This document shows, piece after piece, positions 26,995 through 35,889 of a stretch of DNA of 64,000 nucleotides. The position numbers were made by a program, and so were the translations under genes. The DNA comes from a virus: IMG/VR virus record IMGVR_UViG_3300001202_000001; one strand, written 5' to 3'. The notes under the pieces were generated by a model. That model saw only the letters and a list, made by a program, of their open reading frames with translations, did not search any database and was not told the origin of the DNA. The stretch's first letter is position 1; every line of letters begins with the position of its first letter.

Positions 26995-29469
26995 TTGGCT
27001 AACACAATCTTTAAAGACACCGCACCTGCGTATTATGCGAAGGGTGTATCGGTTATTCCGCTGCGCGTTCACGAGAAACGACCATTCACCAATGGTTGGC
27101 AGCATTACCATAATCAGGAAGTATCTCAGACCCAGCAGACAGCTTGGTTGAACTCTTACCCAACAGGTAACATCGGCCTTGTGCTTGGTGAACAATCTGG
27201 TGTGTGCGTAATTGATATTGATACTGATGATGTAGAAATTATCAAAATCATCGAAGACATTATCCCTGCTTCCCCTTGGAAGCGTGTTGGTAAGAAAGGT
27301 TACGTTGCTGCTTATAAGTTCAATGGTACACCGACATTTCGTGTCGATGATAAGAACGGTGTTCGCTTCGTTGAACACTTATCCACCAGAACACAGGTTG
27401 TTCTACCACCATCAATTCACCCTGATACAGGTAAGCCCTATGTGGCAAACTGCGAGTTACTGTCAGTTATTGACAGTTTACCTACTTTACCACAGGATAT
27501 TGAGAGTATTCTAAGGTCTGCTTTCGAACTGGAAGGTCGTAAACTTTCAACCAATGGCTGGACGAAAATGACCTCTTATGTTTCATCTGGTTCCAGAGAT
27601 ACACAAATGATTCGTGTGGCTGGCCTTGGAGCGCGTGGTGTTGTGCGTGGCGAAACCACGTTTAAACGTGCTCTCGAAGACATGGTGGGATGGTATGAGT
27701 CCCGTGTCGAGAAAGTAGCGGGTGATGATATTGATATTGAGAAAGGTCTTCGCCGCCTAGCTGAATATGTCCGCTCTGACGTTGAGAAGGGTAGACAGTT
27801 ACCTGTAGGTTGGGATGAAGATATGACCAAAGAGCAACTTGCTGAATATGGTCTTTCCTTTACAGAAGACGACCAGCAGTGGGAGTTTGAGAAGCTACGT
27901 GATTATATTCACGAGCAGTTCTCTATTCACCCTGAAAAGTCCACTGGCAGGATTCAGGCTGTTGATAAAGTTATGAAGAAAATGAGTTCCAACAAAATGG
28001 CTCCTAAACATGCACAGCTTAGTGCCTTAGAAGAGAATATCCTTCTTGATACTATCAAATCTGGTTTTGGTAAGGGTTTGAGTTATGCAGCGATGCGTAA
28101 GCAGATTGCAGAGTTCTCTGCTGGCCCTGTTGAAGGTACTGACCATTCGCAGATTGCACGAGCAGTCCTGCGGGATATTCAAAGAGACACAAACCTTAGA
28201 CACCATAATGGTAGCTTTTGGTCTTGGGAAGGTTCTCACTGGGAACCATATGAGAAGCAGAACATTCGAGTGATGATTTCACAGAACTATGGTGACTTGC
28301 CTTATGCTCGTAAATCTTCTGACCATAAAGGTATCTTGGATATTATTGAACAGCTATGTCCACAAGACTTGAAAGACATTGATATTCAAGGCGTCAACTT
28401 TGCCAATGGTGTATTTACCGAGGATGGTAAGTTGGTTGACCACAAGCCAGAGTACGGTTTTACCTATACGCTGCCTTATAGGTATCTTCCAGATGACTCA
28501 CATCGTTGTGAGCAGTTTATGAGGTTCTTGGAGACCTGCTGGGGCCGAGATAAAGACTTTGAGGATAAGAAGCTTGCCTTGCAGGAAGCTATTTGTGCCA
28601 CAGTGTTTGGATGGTCGCCTAGATACCAGAAAGTGTTCTGCCTATATGGTGTTGCTCGTTCTGGTAAGTCACAGCTTCTGGAAATCGTAGAGGGTCTGGT
28701 TCCTAGTAACTCGGTTTCCTCTGTCAGCTTTGATAAGTGGGCAGATGGGCCAAGTCTGGTTGCCTTAGATGGTAAGTTGGTCAACATCGTTGGTGAGCTT
28801 GCGATTGACGCTAATATCCGCTCTGATATTTTCAACAAGGTCGTTGTGGGTGAACCTATCTCACTACGTCAGCTATATGGTCAAACATATCTTACGAGGC
28901 TTCGTGCTGGTCACTGGATTGGGTCTAACCATCCACCTAGCTCTAAAGACCCTTCCGAGGGTTTCAACAGACGCTGGTTGTACTTCAAGTTCAACTATCA
29001 GGTTCGACCAGAGGATATTATTCCAAATATAGGACGTAAGATTATTGCCGAGGAACGTGAGGCTATTCTAGCTTGGGCTATGGAAGCTCGTGCACGTCTA
29101 ACGAAACAACATGGGTACACTCTGTCTGAAAGCCACAAGGAGTTCACAGCTACCGTAGCGGGGTATAATGATAGTATCCGTTTTTTCGTTACGGACAGCG
29201 GCAAAGTCCAGACGCTGGGGAAGGACGAGGATGGCAAGTGGATTGGGAACCCCATTTCAGACGTCCAATTTCACGACGCATATTCGAGCTATTGTATCAC
29301 GGCGGCGGGTGTAAAGCCTGTTTCTATAAGGAGCTTCAAGCTGCGTCTCCATCAACTCGCGCAAAGTATGGGATGGGAGAGAGTAGTGGGCGAGAGCCAA
29401 ATCACAGGAGAAAAAGTGGCACTGTATTATGGAGTCACACTTGCGACAAGCAAGGCGAAGAAATTGTAG
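26995..29469 (+). CDS. Bifunctional primase-polymerase / SF3 (D5-like) helicase
   Basis: 824 aa. Prim-pol N-terminus (KGVSVIPL..KRPFTNGWQ..GVCVIDIDTDD). Walker A GVARSGKS and Walker B-like NIVGEL in the C-terminal half. Confidence 0.85.
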   Translation: MANTIFKDTAPAYYAKGVSVIPLRVHEKRPFTNGWQHYHNQEVSQTQQTAWLNSYPTGNIGLVLGEQSGVCVIDIDTDDVEIIKIIEDIIPASPWKRVGKKGYVAAYKFNGTPTFRVDDKNGVRFVEHLSTRTQVVLPPSIHPDTGKPYVANCELLSVIDSLPTLPQDIESILRSAFELEGRKLSTNGWTKMTSYVSSGSRDTQMIRVAGLGARGVVRGETTFKRALEDMVGWYESRVEKVAGDDIDIEKGLRRLAEYVRSDVEKGRQLPVGWDEDMTKEQLAEYGLSFTEDDQQWEFEKLRDYIHEQFSIHPEKSTGRIQAVDKVMKKMSSNKMAPKHAQLSALEENILLDTIKSGFGKGLSYAAMRKQIAEFSAGPVEGTDHSQIARAVLRDIQRDTNLRHHNGSFWSWEGSHWEPYEKQNIRVMISQNYGDLPYARKSSDHKGILDIIEQLCPQDLKDIDIQGVNFANGVFTEDGKLVDHKPEYGFTYTLPYRYLPDDSHRCEQFMRFLETCWGRDKDFEDKKLALQEAICATVFGWSPRYQKVFCLYGVARSGKSQLLEIVEGLVPSNSVSSVSFDKWADGPSLVALDGKLVNIVGELAIDANIRSDIFNKVVVGEPISLRQLYGQTYLTRLRAGHWIGSNHPPSSKDPSEGFNRRWLYFKFNYQVRPEDIIPNIGRKIIAEEREAILAWAMEARARLTKQHGYTLSESHKEFTATVAGYNDSIRFFVTDSGKVQTLGKDEDGKWIGNPISDVQFHDAYSSYCITAAGVKPVSIRSFKLRLHQLAQSMGWERVVGESQITGEKVALYYGVTLATSKAKKL

Positions 29470-29490
29470 ACCGAGCTTGGGTAAAACCTA

Positions 29491-29510
29491 TGTTTGATAA
29501 TATTCAAACA
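29491..29510. promoter_or_regulatory. Inverted repeat TGTTTGA-N6-TCAAACA (operator-like)
   Basis: 7-bp perfect arms in the 74-nt gap after the primase-helicase gene. Confidence 0.3.
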
Positions 29511-29543
29511 TTTTCGGAACAACAGCTAGAAATGGAGTAACCA

Positions 29544-29759
29544 ATGGCTAAACGATTTACAGAAGAAGGCTTAGTAATCCCGCGAGGTGTCTGCATGGAC
29601 AAAGACCGCGGGGGTCACTATAGGGCCACGTATAAGGGGCATAGTATTCGCTGTGCCTCTTTAGACGAGGCTATTGCCAAGAGGAAAGAACTGGTGAAGG
29701 CAGGAGTGCCTCACCCAAAATATAAGGAGTGGTTTGGTGCTAAAAAGATTAAAGCGTGA
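29544..29759 (+). CDS. Small protein with AP2-like DNA-binding signature
   Basis: 71 aa. GHYRATYKGHSIRCASLDEAIAKRKEL resembles the strand-strand-helix of AP2 domains found in phage HNH-AP2 endonucleases. Confidence 0.4.
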   Translation: MAKRFTEEGLVIPRGVCMDKDRGGHYRATYKGHSIRCASLDEAIAKRKELVKAGVPHPKYKEWFGAKKIKA

Positions 29760-29915
29760 TTGGAAACTGATAGAAACTGGTTATGGAACTTGGTCTGGCG
29801 ATGCATCAGGTACGTGCTACTATAGCCTTTTCCAATGTTCATTAACAGGTAAAAGGAAAATTTCAGGTAGTGGAACTATGTGGAGGAAACATTCCTTATG
29901 GGGATTATGTAAACA

Positions 29916-30230
29916 ATGGAAAAGGAGAGCAAATTGTTAGTAAAAATCGGAATAAATAAGTTCCTCTCTCGCCGTAGTAGGTGGCGAGAGGAATGCTTCG
30001 ACCATATTGGTTGGAAGGGTGGTAGGAAACTGCTACGTTTAAAGGGTGTTTATAAGCGCTCACTTTGGGATTGGTTCACACGTTCACGTCGTGTTCCACA
30101 AAGTGTTGCAGAAGAAATGCTAAAAGATGGAGCTATTGAACAATATATCCCTGTTCAGGGACTAGATATGGTATTGGTAAAGTGTAATGCTACTATATAT
30201 GGTGTCTATATGGATTATACTCCCTCATAA
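29916..30230 (+). CDS. Hypothetical basic protein
   Basis: 104 aa ORF. Alternative TTG start at 29934, 6 nt after AAGGAG. Confidence 0.45.
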   Translation: MEKESKLLVKIGINKFLSRRSRWREECFDHIGWKGGRKLLRLKGVYKRSLWDWFTRSRRVPQSVAEEMLKDGAIEQYIPVQGLDMVLVKCNATIYGVYMDYTPS

Positions 30231-30234
30231 ATAA

Positions 30235-30270
30235 GACCTGTGGCCCCGATTTTACTCAGGGTCACAGGTC
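30235..30270 (+). terminator. Stem-loop after gene 29916..30230
   Basis: 12-bp stem with one mismatch (GACCTGTGGCCC / GGGTCACAGGTC) and a 12-nt loop. No U-tract. Confidence 0.35.
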
Positions 30271-30344
30271 ACTTCGGCTAACAAGGAAAATTGACAGGCG
30301 AACCTGTCTATTGCTCTATAGACATTTCTGTGTATTATGTCCAC

Positions 30345-30770
30345 ATGTTTATGAACCAAGGTGTGGATTACACGTTCACAGGACGACAGGTTAGGGGCCG
30401 ACGCCAGATTATACTCCTCCGAGACATTGATTTCGGGGTTTTCGTGGTTCCCAAGGGCTTTTTATGTGACGGAGCCTCAATCCCAGCATTTGCAGACAAT
30501 TTATTCGGATTAGACCCTCTAAGACGTGAATATCTTGGTGCAGCTATTGCACATGACTATGCGTATTCGTCTAAGTGGGGGTCGAGGTGGGAGTGTGACA
30601 AATTATTCTCCCTTCTTATCTGGTATGGGTCAAAACGGGTGTTGAGGTTCGCTTTTGCCCCGATTATGCTGTTTTCGGTCAGAATTGGTGGTTTTGAGGG
30701 CTATTATGCAGAAAACCGCTCATTATTGAGCTATTATTGGTCAAAAGTGCGTGAAATCGCTCACATTTGA
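30345..30770 (+). CDS. DUF1353-like protein
   Basis: FVVPKGFLCDGASIPAFA...AAIAHDYAY pattern. The track start 30291 (TTG) overlaps a TTGACA word, so the first ATG 30345 is used. Start is uncertain. Confidence 0.55.
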   Translation: MFMNQGVDYTFTGRQVRGRRQIILLRDIDFGVFVVPKGFLCDGASIPAFADNLFGLDPLRREYLGAAIAHDYAYSSKWGSRWECDKLFSLLIWYGSKRVLRFAFAPIMLFSVRIGGFEGYYAENRSLLSYYWSKVREIAHI

Positions 30771-31081
30771 GCATTTAATCGCCAAGAAGACCTCCACGCC
30801 CATTGATGCGCCCTCAATAACATACGTTCATCCTCTAACATGTTGGTTAAACCCTCCGTACCATTGGTTCTAAGGCCATAAATGTCGTAGACCTTATCTC
30901 CAATCTTAGTCCACACATGGTCAATGTTTGTCCAAGGCTCTGCGTCAGGCCAGATTGTCTTGAGGATTCTGTAAAGTTCGAAGCAACTACCTTGTGTATA
31001 AACGTGGGTTGAGTCTGCGAAGCTAGTTCTAATAGCTCCGATTACTTCTAAAGGGTCGATGTGGTGAAAGTCTTTTGTCAT
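30761..31081 (-). CDS. Hypothetical protein, lone minus-strand gene in the early arm
   Basis: 106 aa ORF with an ATG start, convergent with the DUF1353-like gene (10-nt overlap). Confidence 0.55.
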   Translation of the reverse strand: MTKDFHHIDPLEVIGAIRTSFADSTHVYTQGSCFELYRILKTIWPDAEPWTNIDHVWTKIGDKVYDIYGLRTNGTEGLTNMLEDERMLLRAHQWAWRSSWRLNAQM

Positions 31082-31442
31082 AGGTTAGCACTAAAAGTGG
31101 GAAAGAAGGATTTTAGTTTACCTCCAACTCAGTTCACGATACTTTCATATCTGTTTAACCTGAGAGCCAGACTAAAACCACTACAGTTCGAACCTCAAAC
31201 ACTTGTTCGTTGGTTCAGAGAGCTATCTCATTAGCCTACCAGCATATCCCTCGCGAAAAGGATTATTAGCTGCATTTCCATGTCTCCCCGCTAAGGGCTA
31301 CATTTATGTCTTTACTACGGGTACAAAGGGTTGTCAACACCCAAAGTGAATTATTTGCGCGAAATGTATAGTAGGATGTGCGTGAGATGTACATTAGACA
31401 GGTGTTAGTGGCTGTTTTCTGCAAAACAGGCGTAAAAGGCTG

Positions 31443-31455
31443 TTGGGTATAAATC
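31443..31455 (+). promoter_or_regulatory. GTTGGGTATAAAT promoter-like motif (no recognisable -35)
   Basis: Same extended word as at 26501, 49988 and 53929. Located in the ORF-free region, about 340 nt upstream of ATG 31795. Confidence 0.35.
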
Positions 31456-31622
31456 AGCTTTTCGAAAAATTATAAACTACCGAGTGGCAACAGGTGTGGC
31501 GCTACACTACCACATACACCAATAAAGTGTGCTACCCTTCAACGCAATCCAAGTGAGAGTGGAAGTGTTAGTGGAACATAAGCAGAACATAACATTACGC
31601 ATTTGTAATAAATATATGCTTC

Positions 31623-31635
31623 TATTTATACCCAT
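31623..31635 (-). promoter_or_regulatory. ATGGGTATAAATA motif on the minus strand
   Basis: Reverse complement of TATTTATACCCAT. The only minus-strand copy of GGGTATAAA that I saw. Confidence 0.25.
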
Positions 31636-31654
31636 AATCATGCTAAGAATAGGT

Positions 31655-31741
31655 ATAGCCAAGGGGTTAGCCCTTGCTATCAAGCCTCACATATAGGGCT
31701 TGTGCTACACACTGTAGCAAGCGGATAAGTGTGTCTTATCC
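31655..31741 (+). other. Array of four abutting stem-loops
   Basis: H1 31655-31680 (10 bp plus a bulge), H2 31681-31702 (6 bp), H3 31703-31719 (7 bp), H4 31723-31741 (7 bp). All pairs were checked by hand. H4 contains TTATCCACT (31736-31744). Confidence 0.6.
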
Positions 31742-31752
31742 ACTAATCATAA

Positions 31753-31770
31753 TAGTCCTAGCTAGGACTA
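31753..31770. repeat. Palindrome family copy 1: TAGTCCTAGCTAGGACTA
   Basis: Perfect 18-nt palindrome, 24 nt upstream of ATG 31795. Confidence 0.9.
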
Positions 31771-31794
31771 AGACAAAAGAAAAGAGTTTTCACA

Positions 31795-32526
31795 ATGTCA
31801 AAAACAATTAAAGCAATCACAAGCCAAGCCGCTACCACATACGCAACGGATAACATCATTCCAGTATTAGAAGCCCTTGCAACCTTAGACGCTAGCACAC
31901 AAACACAAAACAAATTGCTAGCATACCACGTCTTTGAAACGTCCCTGCTAGCAGGTGATGAAAAGATTAACCATGCAATGATTGAAAAGTCTATTAACCG
32001 CACGTTTGACAAGCGCGTCACTAATAAGGGCTTGAAAGTTGCAACCTATGTTAAAGACGCTAAGCCAGCGGCCAATGGTGTTATATACACCGCTGAACAA
32101 TTCCAAGGCGATAACCCTGAATTGCATGTAATGACTGTATATGGCCATATTGCCGCCTATGAGACAGAGCAACGCAAAACAAAAACAGACACTAAGTCAG
32201 TTGTTGAACAAGCCCTTGCCGCTAGTGGTTTACCTATCGAATTAGCTGATAAGCAAATCAAGTTGGCACAAGATGGGAATGACGCCGCTATGTCTTTTGT
32301 TAAAAATGCGTCTGAAAAGTTTACCCCTGCACAAAAGGTTAGTGCTAGTGGTAGTGAAACACAAGCCACGCCGCAAGATACGCTAACAGCCGCGCTTGAT
32401 GTGCTAATTGACATGGTTACTAATGGCGATGCTACACAGGCTCACCAGTGGATTGAACAAGCGGGGGAGTTAATAGGTACTTGGACTGTTACAGAGCAAG
32501 AAACACCTATTGCACAAGCCGCATAG
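31795..32526 (+). CDS. Hypothetical protein
   Basis: 243 aa ORF with an ATG start. Its stop TAG overlaps palindrome copy 2. Confidence 0.7.
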   Translation: MSKTIKAITSQAATTYATDNIIPVLEALATLDASTQTQNKLLAYHVFETSLLAGDEKINHAMIEKSINRTFDKRVTNKGLKVATYVKDAKPAANGVIYTAEQFQGDNPELHVMTVYGHIAAYETEQRKTKTDTKSVVEQALAASGLPIELADKQIKLAQDGNDAAMSFVKNASEKFTPAQKVSASGSETQATPQDTLTAALDVLIDMVTNGDATQAHQWIEQAGELIGTWTVTEQETPIAQAA

Positions 32527-32540
32527 TCCTAACTAGGACT
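32525..32540. repeat. Palindrome family copy 2: AGTCCTAACTAGGACT
   Basis: 6-bp arms around AACT. Overlaps the stop codon at 32524-32526. Confidence 0.9.
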
Positions 32541-32554
32541 TTACGAAATACTAT

Positions 32555-32570
32555 CACGGCTTAGGCCGTG
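32555..32570 (+). other. Small hairpin CACGGC-TTAG-GCCGTG
   Basis: 6-bp stem and 4-nt loop, 29 nt after the stop of 31795..32526. No U-tract. Confidence 0.3.
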
Positions 32571-32669
32571 GTAGTGGAAGTCGCACTCTTCTACAGAGTG
32601 CCTCCCCAAACTCGCCCCTTAAAGAGCGCGACTTCCATAAATCCGCGACTTTTTCAGAAAGCTAGTATT

Positions 32670-32963
32670 ATGTTACCTTTTTCGACCCAAATCACACAGC
32701 CACAAGGCACGAATTACGTTGTGGAATTTCTGAACAAAAACCGCGACATTATTTTCAAATTTGAGACTGCGGATTGGTCTCTGGCAAAAAACCTTGAAGA
32801 AAACGCAATTATGCTTTTTTACAAGTGGCAAGAAGTTCGCGCTCTACAAACGTCCAATTCTGGCTGGCCTACTTTCGCAATACTCTGTGACGCGATGTAT
32901 TTCCCAACTCGCACAGGTGCTCATGCTGTTATCTATACGGAGATTGAAAATGCTTATCTCTGA
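32670..32963 (+). CDS. Hypothetical protein
   Basis: Start moved to the first ATG (MLPFSTQ...). The track start is a GTG inside the hairpin region. Weak RBS. Confidence 0.45.
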   Translation: MLPFSTQITQPQGTNYVVEFLNKNRDIIFKFETADWSLAKNLEENAIMLFYKWQEVRALQTSNSGWPTFAILCDAMYFPTRTGAHAVIYTEIENAYL

Positions 32964-33303
32964 CGCATTAGTCCTAGCTAGGACTCCTCAAGAATATAAG
33001 GCTGTGTTAGCGCACTCTGCTATCCATAAAACACTCGACCCAAAAGCTAGACTTGCATATCTGCGAGTGTTCCACTTCCACCCCCACCAACACCCTGACC
33101 TCGCGCAAGTCATATACGACGAGCATCCACTTGACCCACAGCATCCTTTTGCTCTAACACTTAGTAGGCGTCGTCGTGTTAGTCGTAGTGGAACACCAGT
33201 CGAAATTCCCTCGCTTGGGCCAATTCAAGATGTGCCGACAAGTGGCGAATGGGAAGGATTTGGCGATATTCGTATCATTGTGAGCAGATGCGTGAGGCGT
33301 TAG
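32950..33303 (+). CDS. Hypothetical His/Pro-rich protein
   Basis: Start moved to ATG 32950, 8 nt after GGAG (MLISDALVLARTPQEY...). Palindrome copy 3 begins 20 nt after the start. Confidence 0.5.
   Translation: MLISDALVLARTPQEYKAVLAHSAIHKTLDPKARLAYLRVFHFHPHQHPDLAQVIYDEHPLDPQHPFALTLSRRRRVSRSGTPVEIPSLGPIQDVPTSGEWEGFGDIRIIVSRCVRR
32970..32985. repeat. Palindrome family copy 3: AGTCCTAGCTAGGACT
   Basis: Perfect 16-nt palindrome inside codons 7-12 of 32950..33303. Confidence 0.9.
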
Positions 33304-33370
33304 TGGCCGTGGTAGTGTGAGTGAGGGCACAGTTTTGGTTAAAAGTGCGACATTCTGCCATACCATATGT

Positions 33371-33395
33371 TGTGTCTAAATGAAAAATAGACACA
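33371..33395 (+). other. Hairpin TGTGTCTA-N9-TAGACACA
   Basis: 8-bp perfect stem, 68 nt after the stop at 33303. No U-tract. Confidence 0.4.
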
Positions 33396-33712
33396 AGAGA
33401 CCACTTTCACAACCTTTGGGTGTAAATAAAAGTGTTTGACAACCTGACCACTGAAAACCGTTGTAAACCAATGGGTTAACTTGCAAAGACTCGTGAAAAT
33501 TGTTCATTTTACCCTAAATAAGTGTTGGATATATGTTTGTATATTTTTCTCTATTTCTAAGTAATGGAAAAAATAGTAATATATAGATTACAGTATTTTA
33601 TATAATATAGAAATCACTAGGGTCGTACCAACACTTTTAAATCGGCTAAGCTATTGAAATCATTGGCCCGAACCCAAATAACAAACACTTTTTGAAATGG
33701 AGTTTTATACCC

Positions 33713-33874
33713 ATGTCCGAAGCCCAAATTAAAATACTGTTAGAAAACAATGAGTTAGACTTACTCATAGTTTTACTAAAGAACGCATACGGCAGAGCAG
33801 TCTTAAATCCCAAGAAAGCCCAACGTATTTCACGCCTACTAAGTAAACTGTATCAACTCAAGAAAACAGGATAG
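33713..33874 (+). CDS. Small hypothetical protein
   Basis: MSEAQIKILLENNELDLL... from the first ATG. The track start 33692 is TTG. Confidence 0.45.
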   Translation: MSEAQIKILLENNELDLLIVLLKNAYGRAVLNPKKAQRISRLLSKLYQLKKTG

Positions 33875-33879
33875 TTCCA

Positions 33880-34473
33880 ATGAAACTTTCATTCCTTCTT
33901 TTATATCAAACTGAAACTGAACGTCACACCCAAGCTGTTTACGATGGTCGCACCTTACCTATTCAATGCACTAAGGCTAAGAACGGTGGTTATTTACTTC
34001 ACTTCTTTGGTGAATCATTCTCTCTTGAGTTAAAGGCTCTTTACTTCAAAGTGTGGCAACATCCTTCTCACAATGGAGTTACTGCCTACTTTGATACTCT
34101 CAAAGAATTAAGACAATGGTTGTCCGCAGAGTTAAACTTAATCTATGAGCCTGATGATATGCGTCGTGAAGCTGCTCACTTAGTTGGACGCACAAAGCTT
34201 AGGAAAGATGTAATCAACGCTCTTACAAAAGGTCTTAGACCTTTTGATAAGGATTTAGTGTCACTCTGTGAAATACGAACGGCCTTCAACTCACACCCTA
34301 AACGACTACTATCTGTACGCACACTTGGTGACATACTATACTCACAAGGAGGTAGGTCACTAGGACAGATTTGGACAGGTAAAAGCCGTTCAAGCCTATG
34401 GGCAATTAAGAATGTTGACTTTTGGCAGAACCAGACAGGTAGAGACGCAGGTGTCTACTACAAAAAGTCCTAA
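33880..34473 (+). CDS. Hypothetical protein
   Basis: 197 aa ORF. Its stop TAA lies inside palindrome copy 4. Confidence 0.65.
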   Translation: MKLSFLLLYQTETERHTQAVYDGRTLPIQCTKAKNGGYLLHFFGESFSLELKALYFKVWQHPSHNGVTAYFDTLKELRQWLSAELNLIYEPDDMRREAAHLVGRTKLRKDVINALTKGLRPFDKDLVSLCEIRTAFNSHPKRLLSVRTLGDILYSQGGRSLGQIWTGKSRSSLWAIKNVDFWQNQTGRDAGVYYKKS

Positions 34474-34481
34474 CTAGGACT
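34466..34481. repeat. Palindrome family copy 4: AGTCCTAACTAGGACT
   Basis: Overlaps the stop at 34471-34473 and lies 32 nt upstream of ATG 34514. Confidence 0.9.
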
Positions 34482-34513
34482 ACCACCCCTACTCTCACTC
34501 ACAGGAGCACGAC

Positions 34514-34918
34514 ATGTTAATTCACCTAAATACTCAAGAGAAGCTTGACGAGTTTGTGAACGACAACCGTGAGGCACTAATTGAATATTATTTGTCAACA
34601 AAAGAGGAAATTGGAAACGAAGAAGATTATTGGTTCTCTTACCCTATTCCTGCTGTAGACCCTCAATCTGTACAAGACCGCTTAGACCTTAACTTCTACG
34701 TTACAGATGATACCGAAGAGATGAGTTTAACAGCCTATGCTACCAAACTAACAGAAATAGGAACTCTGGAGATTGACACCTCAATTTACACTACAGTATT
34801 CTCTGCTTTAGTACACTGTCTTGAATGTGAACACATATTTCATAACATTGATACCTGTCCCTGTTGCGGGAATAATGACCCATTAAAAACTGTATATCTA
34901 CAATGGATACTAACATGA
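34514..34918 (+). CDS. Hypothetical protein with C-terminal zinc ribbon
   Basis: 134 aa. CLECEH...CPCCGNND at the C-terminus. Confidence 0.6.
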   Translation: MLIHLNTQEKLDEFVNDNREALIEYYLSTKEEIGNEEDYWFSYPIPAVDPQSVQDRLDLNFYVTDDTEEMSLTAYATKLTEIGTLEIDTSIYTTVFSALVHCLECEHIFHNIDTCPCCGNNDPLKTVYLQWILT

Positions 34919-35151
34919 CCTTCCAAACAAACCATGCTCTAGTCGAAGCCGCTGAAAATGCTATCGCCTTACAAGCAGAGCCACAACTACCAAAACTCTA
35001 CAAGGTAGCAATGGAAGAAATCCAGACTGTCACGATTGAGATAGCTGCGGACTCACCAGAGGATGCTTTAAAGCGTGTAGGCAAGGGCCAAGGAGAAATC
35101 CTTAGCACTTCATGGAAAAGCCGCCTACCTGAAACTGCGAGGATTGTGTAA
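34903..35151 (+). CDS. Hypothetical protein
   Basis: 82 aa ORF overlapping its neighbours. Alternative ATG at 34915. Confidence 0.5.
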   Translation: MDTNMTFQTNHALVEAAENAIALQAEPQLPKLYKVAMEEIQTVTIEIAADSPEDALKRVGKGQGEILSTSWKSRLPETARIV

Positions 35152-35447
35152 TGTCCTACGACATATTCTTCAACAACCGCACATTCAACATCACGTCGAA
35201 CATAACTCCCATGACCAAAGCCGCTGGCTTATACCTACCTGACCTACACGGACTAACAGGAGCACAAGCACAGCCACGTCTAGCCTCTTGCCTGATGTAT
35301 CTGACCAACTACAACAACTCACGCTCACTGCGTAAGCTAGAGCCTATCAATGGTTGGGGAACACTCGACCACACAATCACATTCTTAACCCGTCTATACT
35401 TCACCTTAAACGAAGACTTAGACCAAGTAATAGGAGTTCACTCGTGA
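35151..35447 (+). CDS. Hypothetical protein
   Basis: 98 aa ORF with an ATG in a TAATG overlap with the upstream stop. Confidence 0.6.
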   Translation: MSYDIFFNNRTFNITSNITPMTKAAGLYLPDLHGLTGAQAQPRLASCLMYLTNYNNSRSLRKLEPINGWGTLDHTITFLTRLYFTLNEDLDQVIGVHS

Positions 35448-35608
35448 GACACTTAACAGCAATAGTCCTACTAGGACTCTCACTATCAGCTTGTAAGCCT
35501 CTACCCTCATACACAATGAACGTAGAAGGGTATTGTGCTACAGCCTCACAACCACAAATCTGCAAACAATATGTGTCAGCATATGTAAACGGGAGACGAG
35601 CACCATGA
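35444..35608 (+). CDS. Small lipoprotein
   Basis: GTG start 7 nt after AGGAG, overlapping the upstream stop (GTGA). VRHLTAIVLLGLSLSAC has a lipobox LSAC. The mature part (about 37 aa) has 3 further Cys. Confidence 0.55.
   Translation: MRHLTAIVLLGLSLSACKPLPSYTMNVEGYCATASQPQICKQYVSAYVNGRRAP
35464..35478. repeat. Palindrome family copy 5: AGTCCTACTAGGACT
   Basis: 15-nt version that begins 20 nt after the GTG start of the lipoprotein gene. Confidence 0.85.
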
Positions 35609-35889
35609 AACTCAACGACACAGAAATCGAACTAATCGGACAAGACCCTGAAACTATCAAGGAAGCCCTTAACAAAGAGTTCCCAACTCGCGAGTCACTA
35701 ATTGGCTCAAGCATCACAGCTTATGGAGACGAGTTTGTCATGTTGGAGCAGAACCTCGGTATGCAGTGGATTTACTTCTTTATGAAGTTGATGGACACAG
35801 ATACCACAGGACTTGCAGCCACACTAGGTACGGATGAAACTTCACCACGTCGCAACATTCGCTGGACTTTTGAAGAGGGAACAAACTAA
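35605..35889 (+). CDS. Hypothetical protein
   Basis: Start moved to the ATG in an ATGA overlap with the lipoprotein stop (MKLNDTEIELIG...). Confidence 0.55.
   Translation: MKLNDTEIELIGQDPETIKEALNKEFPTRESLIGSSITAYGDEFVMLEQNLGMQWIYFFMKLMDTDTTGLAATLGTDETSPRRNIRWTFEEGTN

Noticed and set aside
26989-27378. 129-aa minus-strand ORF antisense to the primase-helicase N-terminus. The same applies to 57692..58114 (-), 60313..60765 (-), 43518..43952 (-) and 31758..32021 (-).
   Set aside because: They are antisense to well-supported genes, with no RBS and no motif.
32564-33317. Exact 13-nt direct repeat GGCCGTGGTAGTG (32564-32576 and 33305-33317), and scattered GTTAGTGG words (31405, 31568, 33300) as possible iterons.
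   Set aside because: A single 13-nt match and three 8-mers are within chance expectation for a 64-kb window searched on both strands. There is no regular spacing.
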